This document shows, one piece after another, positions 48,680-60,600 of a DNA stretch of 64,000 nt; position 1 is the first letter of the stretch, and each line of letters starts with the position of its first letter. Source of the stretch: Phycisphaerales bacterium (GTDB lineage: Bacteria; Planctomycetota; Phycisphaerae; Phycisphaerales; UBA1924). The notes beneath the pieces are model-generated. The model made no database searches and was not told the DNA's origin. It saw nothing but the letters and a program-made list of their open reading frames with translations. Position numbers and translations under genes: made by a program. The stretch covers positions 1,408,001 through 1,472,000 of the forward strand of contig OZ245777.1 in NCBI GenBank assembly GCA_965227775.1. The letters are read 5' to 3'.

Positions 48680-51600
48680 CGCTGGAAGATCTACACCCAA
48701 CAACGCAGACCGCCGCCGGGCGCGCCACCTCGAAGGCGAAGGGAGACGCTCGCATGAGCACCGTCGTGAAGGGGCACGTCGCCGCGGCCCTCGTGCTGTC
48801 GTGTGGCATGGCGATGAGCGTCGATGCCGCGCAGGATCAGGCGACGGGCACGACGCTGGCCGAAGCGCCGCCGGCTGATCCGCCTGCCGCCGCCGGGCAG
48901 CGGTCGATGACGCCGATCAGCTTCAGCTTCGAGAACGCGCCGTACTCGGAGGTGCTGGGCTTCTTCTCGCGCGAGGCGGGCGTGCCCATCATCTATCAGG
49001 CGGCAGTGCCCGAGCAGGGCATGACGTTCATCAGTGGCCAGTCGTACTCGTTCGACACAGCACTGGACATCCTGAACCGCTTCCTGCTGCCGCATAGGGT
49101 GCGCCTGAGCGAGCAGGATGAGTACCTGTACTTCCGTTCGATCGAGGATGCCGCGCGTCAGCCTGGCGAGATCTTTCAAGGCGAGCTTCCCGCTGGCATG
49201 CAGCAGGGCAAGATCGTCACGCTTGCCGTACCCCTGACAAATGTGGATGCGGCGACAGTGGCCGAGCAGGTCAAGGCCATGGTGGCCGGGTACGGCTCGC
49301 TCGTTCCCGTGCCGTCGCAGAACCTCCTGATCGTCACCGAGACCGTCGAGCAGATCCGCCGCATCCGTGAGGTGCTGCGGATGGTCGACAGCCAGCCGCC
49401 GAGCGACTCGGACTACCGAATCTACGCGCTGCGCAATGCGCAGGTATCAGACGTCATCGGCACGTTGCGCACGCTCGTGCCCGAGTACGAGAAGACCATC
49501 CAGAAGCAGGGCAATCGCATCGAGGTCGTCGACGACGTCACCAAGCCGCCGGTGCGCTTCGAATCAAACGGCCGCTCAAACTCCATCATCGCCATCGGCC
49601 CGACGCGCCGCCTCGAGACCGCGGCTCAACTCATCGAGATGCTTGACCAAGGCGATGGTGCGGGCGTGGACGGCCGGCGAATGGCCAGCTTCGTGCTCGA
49701 GAGCGTGACGCCCCAGGAGGCAGCGCGGCAGCTCGATCGCCTGTTCTCCAGCGTTCCCAATGATCGCAAGCCCACGGTGATTCCCATGGAGACCCAGGGC
49801 AAGATCACCGTTGTTGGCAGTGCGTCGCTGGTCATGCAGGCCGAGGCGCTGCTGGGTGAGCTCGACCCCGGGCTCGACGAGCGTGCGGACTCGGCCCAGC
49901 GCACGACCGTGGTTGAGCTTGAGCGTGTCGATGCGGGCTCGGTCGAACGCTTGGCCCAGCGTCTTCTCTCGGCCCGGCAGCGGCAGGTGTTGCGGTTCGC
50001 GCCGCTCGCAGGCGGGCGCTCGCTCATGGTCACCGGACCGGCCGCCGACGTCGAGTCGTTCGAGGAATTGGCACGGACGCTTGATAGCGGCGAAGCGATC
50101 GCTCGCGACGTGCGCACGCTGACGGTCGGCCGTGGCGACGCCCAAGCCGTGGTCGATCGCGCCGAGGAGCTCTACGAGCTGAGCGGCATGGCCGAGCGCG
50201 AACCGCTGGCGATCGATGTCGATGCCGCTCGTCGCATCGTGACCGTGGTGGGCCAGCGTGAGGGGCTCGATCGATTCGTTGAGTTCATGCGCCAGAGCGA
50301 GTCGAGCGTGGTGGTCGAGCGTGAGTCTCGGTCCTTCACGATGGCGGCCGCTCGGCCCAGCGAGGTCGCCCAGCGCGCATCGCGCGTGGCCGACGCAATG
50401 CTGCGGCCGGCCGACGGTTCGGCCTATGACGCGCCGCAGTTCGAGGCGATCGACGAGGTTAACCAGCTCATCGTGCGGGCCAGCGAGGGCCAGTTCTCGG
50501 TCATCGAGGCCTTGATCGCGCAGCTCGACAAGCCGGCGGGTGGCTCGCGCTTCGTGACCGTGCCCGTGCGCAATGCGACGCCCCAGCAGCTGCTCGACCG
50601 TGTAGGGCCCGTGTACGACGCAGAGGCGGCGCGGCGCGGCGATCCATCGCTGAGCGACATCGAGCTGACGCCAGATGCGGCGGCCGGCGCGATCATCGCG
50701 CGGGGCTCGGCCGCTTCGGTCGCGCTCTTCCAGGACGTGCTGCGGCAGGTGCAGCAGCTCGTGCCTCCAGCTCGATCGACGCGGATGCTCGACCTGGAGT
50801 TTGCGGGAGCCGACCAGGTCTTGCCCGTGCTGCAAGGATTGATCGAGCAGCGCGAGCCGGTCGATCCGGCGCGAGAGGCGCCGTTGCCCGAGATCTCCGT
50901 GCTCGAGCGGACCAACACGCTTGTTGTCAAGGCCGAGCCCGCTCAGCACGCGATGGTGGCCGAGCTGGTCGCGCGGCTCGATACGCCCGAGCCGATGGAC
51001 CTGCCACCGCTGAAGCTGCTGCAACTCCGCACGGCCAACGCCGGCAACATCGCGCGGATGCTCAACGACCAGTATCGCCAGCGTCCGCAGGCTGATCGCA
51101 TCGCCCGTCCAGTAGATGTGCGGGCGGACGAGGCGACGAACACGCTGATCGTATCAGCGCATGAAGCGCTGCTGACCGACATCAAGTCGTTTGTTGACGA
51201 GATCAACGAAGAGAGCCAGCAGGGGCCCGAGCGTGCGCCGCTGCTGTTCCGCCTATCCGTTGCCAAGGCCACCGACGTGGCGGACGCGATGAACCGGTTG
51301 TACCCCGAGCCGGCGATCCCGCGAGATCGCCGCGGGCAGCCCATGCCGTGGCTGCAGCAGCCGCGCGAGGTGGTCGTGTCAGCCGACGAGTCGAGCAACT
51401 CGCTGATTATCGATGCTCCGGTCGAGATGCACGAGTCGCTACGCGAGCTGGCGTCCCAGCTCGATCAAGTCGAGGTCCCGCCGAGTGCCGAGCTGCGGAC
51501 CTACCGCGTCGTGAACGCCGACGTGGCGACCATCAAGCGCGTGCTGGAGGGTATGGATCGCCAGGGCAACCTGAGCGCACCAGCCCAGCCTGGGCGGCAG

Positions 51601-54600
51601 AGCGTGCGCGTGACGATCGAGGCCGAGCCGCGCAGCGGAACGCTCATCGTGGCCGGAGACGACACGACGTTCCAGCGCGTCGAGGCGATGCTCGAGGATC
51701 TCTCGGCGGTGCCCGTCGAACGCGAGACCGCCATCGTGCCCATCGCCAACGCCGACGCGAAGGACATCGGGGATCGCGCGCTGTCGATCTACCAGGCGCA
51801 GGTAGCAGGCGTGCCGGGCGCGGGCGAGGTCGAGCTGTCGATCAACGAGACGACCAACGCGCTCGAGATCGTGGCCGATGCACAGGCGATGGAACGCTTT
51901 CTGGGCGTGATCGACCTGCTGCAAGATCAGGCCGGCCCGCCGCGCGAAGCCAGGCTCATCCAGCTCCAGCAGGCGCGCGCGGCGGACGTCATCGAGTTCT
52001 TGCGGGACCTGGTTGGATCGAGCAGCTCGCTGCGCCAGCAGGGCGGTCCTGAGCCGGTATTCGAGGCCATCGAGAGCACCAATTCGATCCTTGCGGCGGC
52101 GGTGCCGTCGCAGTTCGGCATCATCGAGCAGCTGGTGCTCGACCTCGATCGGCAGCAGTCGGCAGGCCGCCAGCCGCTGCGCATCCTGCGCCTGCGGACG
52201 ACCGAGGCCGGCAACATCGCCAACATGCTGCAAGAGAGCTATCAGCGGCGCACGCCCGAGGAGCGGGCCCGGCAGCCGGTAGACATCCGAGCCGATGCCG
52301 CCACAAACACGCTGCTGGTTTCGGCACATCCGGAGATGATGCCCGAGATCGAATCTGTCGTATCGCAGCTCAACGACGCAAGGACGATCGACGACGAGGA
52401 TCGCGAGATCCGCATCTTCCCGCTGCAGCATGCCCGGGCGGAGGAACTCGCCAGAACGATCGACGAGATGTATCCCGAGCCGCCCATGCCGCGTGATTCG
52501 CGTGGCCGGCCCCGACCCGACTTGCAGCAGCCCAAGGAAGTCGTGGTCCGCGCGAATCGCTCGACGAACGCGCTCATCGTCGATGCGCCGTCGCGGCGAC
52601 TCGCGGGATTCGAGCAGATTGTCAACTCGCTTGACAAGTCCGAGCTGGCGGGCGATGTCGTGGTCCGCACCTATCGCCCACAGCGAGCCGAACCGCAAGC
52701 GATCGCGAGTGCGATCCGAGAGCTTGCGGGCAGCGGGGCGCTCGGTGGCAGCCCGCGTACGCCATTGACGGTCTCGGTCGAGCCCAACACGCGAACGATC
52801 ATCGTGAGCGGTCCGGGTGAGGCGTTCGCCCAGGTCGAGTCGTTGCTCGAAGATCTCGATGGATCGCCCGCTCGCCCCGAGTCGGCGGTCAAGCTCTACA
52901 AGCTGCGGCACGCCCGGGCCGATCGCCTGGAGCCGCTGCTACGCGACCTGCTGACGACACGGTTGCGCGAGCAGCAGCAGGTGTCGGGGGGCCTCGGCGT
53001 TGCCGACGTTGCCTCGCTGCTGACCGTGAGCGCCGAGCCCGCCACGAACACGCTGATCATCTCGGCACCGCCGGTCGCGCAGGAGCTCGCGCAGAGCCTC
53101 ATCGATGCGCTGGATACCGACGAGGTGGGCGCGGCGGCGCCCGTCGTGCGTGTCGTGCCGCTCAGCCACGGCCGATCGGACCAGATCGCCCCACAGCTCG
53201 AGCGTGCGATCGACGCGCTCGTGTTGCCCAGCGGCGGCGAGGTGCGGGTGAGCTCGGTTGGCGGCGCCAACGCGTTGCTGCTGACGGGTTCCCAGAACGA
53301 TCTCGAATTGGTTGGCACGCTGGTCGATGATCTCGACACGCCGCCCTTCGACCCCGAGGCAGTGGGCGTTCAGACGTTCGAATTGCAGCACGCCGATGCC
53401 GAGCGCGTCGGCCCGGTCATCGAGCGATTGCTCGAGCAGCAGCGTGAGAGCAATCCATTCATCCTCCGCGAGCTTATGCGGCGGGATCCAATGGCCGCAC
53501 AGGTGACGCCTGTGCGCGTCGAGGTCGACAGCGGCACGAACGCGCTGCTCGTAAGCGGCCCATCCAAGATGGTTGAGCTCGCCGAGGAACTCATCGAGCG
53601 GCTGGACCGACCGACTGTTGAGAGCGGGCGAACGCTGCTGACTTACACGCCCGCTCGTGCGCAGCCGCAGGCGCTCGTCGATGCCGTGTCACCCGTGGCT
53701 GAGCAGACAATCGAACGCGACCGCCAGGGGTTGGAGATCTCGGCCGACCCGAGTACTGGCACTGTGATCGTCGTCGGCGGCGAGGCTTCTGCCGTCCAGG
53801 CGGTCGAGCTTCTGCAGCGATTCGATGATCGCGCCCCGGCAACGCCCGTTGCGGACGTGACGGTCGTCACCCTCGCGAATGCGTCTGCGAGGAACGTTGC
53901 ACAGACGGTCGAGTCGCTCCTGAACGATCGGGGCCGCTGGCCGGCAGAGCTGGTGCGCGCCGAGCAAGCCGGCCTTGCCGTACCGCGACCGACGCTGCGC
54001 GCCGACGAGCAGTCGAACCGCATCGTCATGAGCGTGCCGAGCGCCATGATGCCGATGGCCGGCAAGCTCATCGAGGCGATGGACGCGGCACCTGACGGAC
54101 AGGGCGAGCGCGGCGTTCGTCTCGTTCGCTTGGCGCAGGGAGACGCCGACTCGGTCGCGAATGCTGTGCAGGACGCGTTACGCGCGGGGATTCGTCCAGG
54201 CCAGCCGCAGCCGACCGTGCGCGCTGAGACGCGCAGCAACAGCATCGTGATCGCCGCCTCGCAGTCGCAGATCGAGGAGGCCGTCCAGCTCATCGGTCAG
54301 ATGGACGTCCAGGTCGAGCCCGAGGCCGTCGGCGTGCTGACGCTGCGCCTGAAGCACACGCGCGCCGAAACGGTTGCGCCCATCCTCGAGACCATCCTGC
54401 AGCAGGACTCTGTCGTCGATCTGCTCCCGTGGTGGGCCATCGGCGGCTTTGCGGCGCAGAATCCCGATCAGGCCATCAAGCCGACGATCCGCGTGATCCC
54501 CGAACCGGGTAGCAACACCGTCGTCGTCGCGGCGCCGCGCCCGATGCTCGAACTCGCCCAGCAGGTGGTGGCCGAGCTTGATGCCGCGGACTCTGCGGGC

Positions 54601-57600
54601 GAGTCCGATCGCCGTATGGTCCGCCTCATCCCGCTTCGCAACGCCGACGCGACCGAGGTCTCGCAGAACCTCGCCGGCGTGCTGAGCGATGAGGGCGGCG
54701 TCGAGCCGCCGACCATCCGCGTCGATCAGGGCAGCAACACGCTCATCGTGCGGGCAACTGCATCGCAGATGTCCGAGATCGAGGGCCTCGCTCAGCAGAT
54801 CGACTCGGCCACGCTGAGCACCAGCCGGCAGATGCGCCTCATCCCTATCGATCGCTCGCGCGGCGATGCCGCCGTTGTTGCGCAGACACTGCGCCAGCTG
54901 CTCGAGCAGCAGGGCGGCGTCCGCGTGCAGGTCATCGGCGTCGATGAGCTCATGAAGGACTCGGGCGAGCCCATTGGCCCGGGCAGCGCTCTGCCCCAGC
55001 GCCGCGCCCCGCTGCAAGAGGCCGTGATGTCGGCCGTGCTCGCGGGCGTGCAACAGGATGGTGCGCCCGTAGCCGACGCCATGGAAGAAGCAGAAGGAGA
55101 CGACGAGCCGACGATCACGATCGCCGTTGATCCCGCGACGAACACGCTGGTCGTGGTTGGCTCGCCCCGCGTGACCGATCGGTTGGCGTCGCTTGCCGAG
55201 CAGATCCAGCAGCAACTGCCCCAAGAAGCAACGCGGACGCGTGTGATCCGGCTTCCGAGCTCGGCCAATGCCAATGCGATCGCGCAGATCGTTCGCCAGA
55301 CGGTGCAGCGCGTGGGCCGCGCCAGCACGGAGAATCCGTCGGGTTTTACCGGGCGCCCTGACGTCGTTCCAGACCCGATAGGCTCATCGCTCATCGTGTG
55401 GGCCAACGACACCGACTTCGAGGTGCTCGGCGAGCTCATTGCCGCGGTCTCTCGGCTGGAGGCGAGCGAGTCGCTGACGCTGAAGGTTTATCCGCTGGTC
55501 AATATCGATGCCGACGACGCCGCCGACTCGGTCAACGACCTGGTGAGCGCCCAGCCGACCGGCCAGCAGGCCCGCCGATTTCGCTGGCAGCAGGCGCCAT
55601 CGCGGGCGAGCGATCTGACGCTGCTCGGGCCCGACGGCCAACGCGTCGAAGCTTCGATTGATCCCGACACGGTCCGTGTGCTGGCCGACCCCAGCGGCAC
55701 GCGGCTGGTTGTGACGGCACCGAGCGACGTGCTGCCGCTCATCGACTCGTTCGTAAGCCTCATCGATCAGAGCCCGCTCGCCGATCGCCTGTCGATCCGC
55801 CGCTACGAGCTCGACAACGCCGAAGCTCAACAGCTCTCGCGTGCGTTTCGCGACCTGTTTCGCGCCCAGCGGCGCGGGCCCGGTGGCAACTCCATCCCCG
55901 AGCCCAGCTTTGTGGCCGATGATCGCACCAATGCGCTCCTGATCACCGCGTCGAGCGATCAGCACCAGGAGATCGAGCGTCTGCTCGTTGATGCTGATGC
56001 GCCCTCACGCGATGAGGGGCTGGAGCTTGCGATCCTGCCTCTGCAGAACGCCGCCCCACGCACGGTTGCCCAGGTCATCAACCAGGTACTCATCGGCAAC
56101 GATCCTGGCCGGAGGGACAAGCTCAACGTCTCGGCCGACGACGACGCGGGGATGCTCGTCGTGCGGGCCGAGCCCGAATTGCTGGCCGAGGTCCGACTGC
56201 TGGCAGAAGACCTCGACTCGGCGAGCGTCGAGGGCGCGCCGATCCGCACGATCAAGCTGGAGACGGCCGACGCCCCGACGGTTGCGCAGGCCATCCAAAG
56301 CTTCATGCGCGACCGGGCCCAATCGGCCGGCCGTGGTCGCCGCGGGCAGACGCGCGTAAACGTTGTGGGTGAGCGCCGCAGCGGCACGCTCATCGTGGCC
56401 GCATCAGACGAAGACTTTGCTCAGGTTGAGGAACTCGCCGCAGCGCTCGACCTGCCCGCAGCGGCCCGCGACCTGCGCGTCCAGATTGTGCGTGTTGAGA
56501 ACGGTCGGGCCAAGGACCTGAACGAAGCCGTCAGCGACCTCCAGATCCAGCTCTTCGACGAGCGGGTGTGGGGCAATCGTCGGAACGATGCGCCGCCCGA
56601 GGACAAGCTCTACACAACCGTGCACGAGCCGAGCAACAGCATCATCGTCGTCGGTCAGGGCGACACGATGGACCTCATGCTGGGCCTGATCGCCGACCTT
56701 GATCAGGAGAGAAGCGACGTCACCCGCAAGATCGTTCGGACCGTGCCGATCAAGGACGGCGACCCGGACGCGATCGCGCAGATCATCCGGCAGGCCTTCC
56801 AGGAGAACGACCGAGGACGTTTCTGGTTCAGCTTTGGCCAGCAGACCGTCAACGTGTCGGTCGATCGCACGCGCGGCCTGCTCATCCTGGTTGGCGAGAA
56901 GGCCAAGGTCGACCAGGCCGTCGAGTACGCCGAGACGCTTGCGGCGACGCCCGGCATCGAAGATCGACCCATCGAGGTCATCGAGCTGCGGCACGCCAAC
57001 GCCGATCGCGTGCAGCGGACGCTGCAGCAGTTCTTTGCCCAGCGTGCTCGCTCGCGGGGGCAGCGGCAGAGCGATGTTACGATCATCGGCTCGGCTGATG
57101 GCAACGTGCTCATCACGACGGCGGGCGAAGAAGACATGTCGCTGCTGCAGGACATGGTCGCCCAAATAGACCAGCCCGACCTTCCCGAGGGTCGGAGCAT
57201 TGAGGTCTTCTCGCTGCGTTCGATGGATCCGCGGGAGGCCAGCGATGCCATCCGGAGCATGATTCCCAGCAGCGGCCGCGAGGACGCCATCCGCGTCACG
57301 CCCCAGCCGAGCCGCAACGCGATCATCGTGTCGGCGCAGGACGAGCAGTTCCCGCTCATTCGCGCGTTGCTGGAGAAGCTCGACACGGATGCCGCGCTGC
57401 CGTTCGTGAGCGTGCAGCTCACCGAGGCTCGCGCGACGCAGGTCGCCCAGGACCTGCGCAGTGCTCTGCCCGATGGCATGAACGTGGAGCTCACCGCCGT
57501 CGATCGCACGAACACGGTCATCATCTCTGGTGGCAACGAGGAGTCGGTCGCCTGGGTGCGCAAGCAGATCGCGCAGTTTGACGTGGCAAGCGCACCGCCC

Positions 57601-60600
57601 GCCACCGAGTTCCGCCGCGTGCAACTCGAGCACGCCCGCGCGGTCGACGTGTGGCTCACGCTTCGCGAGGCCGTCCGTGCCCAGCCGCGCCAGCAGGGCG
57701 AATCCGTGCCCGGTGTCGACTACGTCGACAGCCAGAACGTCGTGACGCTGACGGCAGAGCCCGACGAGATGAAGCAGCTCCTGCAGATCATCGAGGAACT
57801 CGACGTGGAGACCGGTGGCGAGCGGCAAACGCAGTTCATCAAGCTGCGATTCGCCGAGGCGAATCTCGTGGCCGAAGCGCTCAAGCTCTTTTATGGCCCC
57901 CGCGCGATCGAGGCCAAGAGCCAGGGTGCCCGCGACGTGAGCATTCTCAGCGATGCGGTGACCAACACGCTCATCATCGCCGCCGGCGAAGAGCAGTGGG
58001 AGGGCATCCGCAACCTGCTCGACCAGTTCGACACCGAGGCATACTCGACCGGGCGTCAGCTCAAGGTCATCCCGCTCAACAACGCCGATGCGCGAAACGT
58101 GGCTGACGCGTTGAACGAGGGCTTTCGGGCCCCGCTCGAGCAGCAGATCCAGCGCGAGCAGGCCCGCCGCCAGGGCAACCAGCAGGGCGATCGGCGGCAG
58201 GTCTCGCCCGATCTGCCGACCGTGCTGATCGACCCGGGTGAGACGCCCGTCGTTTCGGCCGAGATCGAGACCAACTCGCTCATCGTCTTTGCCAATGTGC
58301 AGGACCTGGAGCGAATCGAGACCATCGCCAAGTCGCTCGATGGCGAGGGCGCTGGTCGGCTGCCCGACGCGCGGGTCATCGCGCTCCAGTCGGGCCGGGC
58401 CACGCGCATCGCCCAAGCCGTGCAGCGGATCTTCATCGATCCGCTCGGCCGCCGCGGCCCGCGGACGCCGGTGGTGTACGGCGATGACGCGAGCAACATG
58501 ATCGTGTTCCGCGGCTCGGAAGCTGAGTTCACGCAGGTCCGGGCGCTCGTGCAGACGCTCGAGGCTGAGGGCTCTTCGGCAGACGTGCGTGTTCGCACGC
58601 TCGTGGTCAAGGGCATCCCAGCCGTGCGGATGCGCGAGACGCTGCTGAACGCGTTCCGTGTGCGGGCCGAGCAGCTGAACGAGGGCCTGGGCATCGAGGT
58701 CGACCGCGACAGCAACGCCCTGGTGATTGCTGCGAGCGAGCGGCTGTACGAAGAGATGAAGGAAGTGGTCGACACGCTCCAGGGCGAGCTGCTTGGCGGC
58801 GAGGGCGAGATCGAGGGCCTCGACCCAGCCGGCCCGATGGGCCTGGGCCAGTCGATCCGCATCATCGAGCTCGCTTCCCAAGCGCCCGCTCAGGTGGTGC
58901 AGCTTGCCAACCAGCTCGGGCTCACGCGGCCAACGCGGGCCGATCGCCCGGGCGTGGTCAGCGAGCCGATCAGCGTCGTGCCGCTACCGACCCGAAGCGC
59001 CGTAGCCGTGGTCGCGGGCGCCGCCGATGCCGACCGTGTCGAGCAACTCATTCGCGCCATCGACCAGGGCGGCGTGACCGATGCGCAGACCGTCGCCATG
59101 ATCCGGCTGAAGACCGCATCGGCCGAACAGGTCGCACGGGTCGTGCGCGAGATGCTGGCGCCGCAGGCCGAGCAGAACCAGTCCGCCACGGCCCGGGCGC
59201 TCGCGGAGCAGGTCCGCCGGCGTCGCATGGGCGCGGGTGAGGGCGGCCCCGAGTTCGATCTCGACGTGCCCGTCCAACTCGGCATCGACTCAGGCTCGAA
59301 CTCGCTCCTGATCGCGTCGTCGCCGGCCAATGTTGCCGCGATCGAGCATCTGGTTGCGACGCTCGACACGCTGCCCGTGGGCGAGGCCGTGGTGGCCCGC
59401 ATCTTCGCGCTCAGCAACGCCGACGCTGGCCGCATCCGCACGATCATCGATGGCTTGTTCCGCGAGGGCGAGGCCATCCGCCGCGTGCCGGGCACGCAGC
59501 GGCAGGGCGTGCCCACGACGGCCACGGGCCAGGCGCTCGCGGGTGATGTCGCCATCGAGGTCGACGCACGCACAAACTCGCTGATCGTCGTTGGTCGAGA
59601 AGATGGCGTCGCGTTCGTCGAGGTCTTGCTTGCAGACCTTGACAGCGAAGAGTCCGTCGGTTGGATCGAGCCGAGCATCATCACGCTCGAGCACGCCGAC
59701 GCGACGGACGTCGCCGACCTCATCCGCGAGACGCTCGTCGATGGCGTGTCCGACGCGCCCCAGGCCGCGGGCCTGCGCGAGCAAGTTGGCCGCCTTCGCC
59801 TCGTTCAGCACGGCAAGGACCCGCTTGAGGCCGGGGCGCGGCTCGATAGCGACCTTTTCGGCACGCTCAGCGGGCTGACCATCCTGCCCGAGCCGACGGG
59901 CAACCGGCTGATCGTCGTGGCGAGTCCGGCCAACCTGCGCATCGTGCAGGAACTCGTGAAGATGCTCGACGTCGAGTCGGCGGCTGCAAGCAACCAAGTG
60001 CGGTTTTTCGCGCTCGAGCGCGCGTCGGCCGATCGTGTCGCTGATCTGGTCGAAGAGATCTTCGATGATCGCCGCCGCGTCGGCATCGATCGAGAAGAGG
60101 ATGCTGTCCTGATCCAGCCCGACCTTCGCACGAATTCGCTCGTCGTCTCGACAAGCCCACGAAGCTTCGCCGTGCTCGAGGATCTTGTGCAGCGGCTCGA
60201 CCGCGACGAGGGTCGGGTGACCGTCGGCTTGCACACGATCGATGTTGTGGGTGCAGACGCCGAGCAGCTCGCGCCGCGTATCGAGCGGCTCATGCGCGAC
60301 CGAATCGAGGCGGCCACTCGCGGCGGTCGGTCCGAGTCTGCCCAGGACGTCTTTTCGATCGAACCCAGCCGTTCGACCAACCAGCTGCTGGTGGTCTCGA
60401 GCGAGGAGAATCTCGAGGTCGTTCGTGGTCTGGTCGAGAGCCTCTCGAAGGAAGAGCAACGCCTCAGTGAGGCCGCAGAGATCGCGCTCATCGGGCTCGA
60501 GCGGGGTACCGCTTCGAGCATCGTTGATTCGATCCGTACGCTCTACGTCGACCCCGAGAACGACAAGCGCGGCGACAACGCCGTCAGCGTCGTCGCGGAA

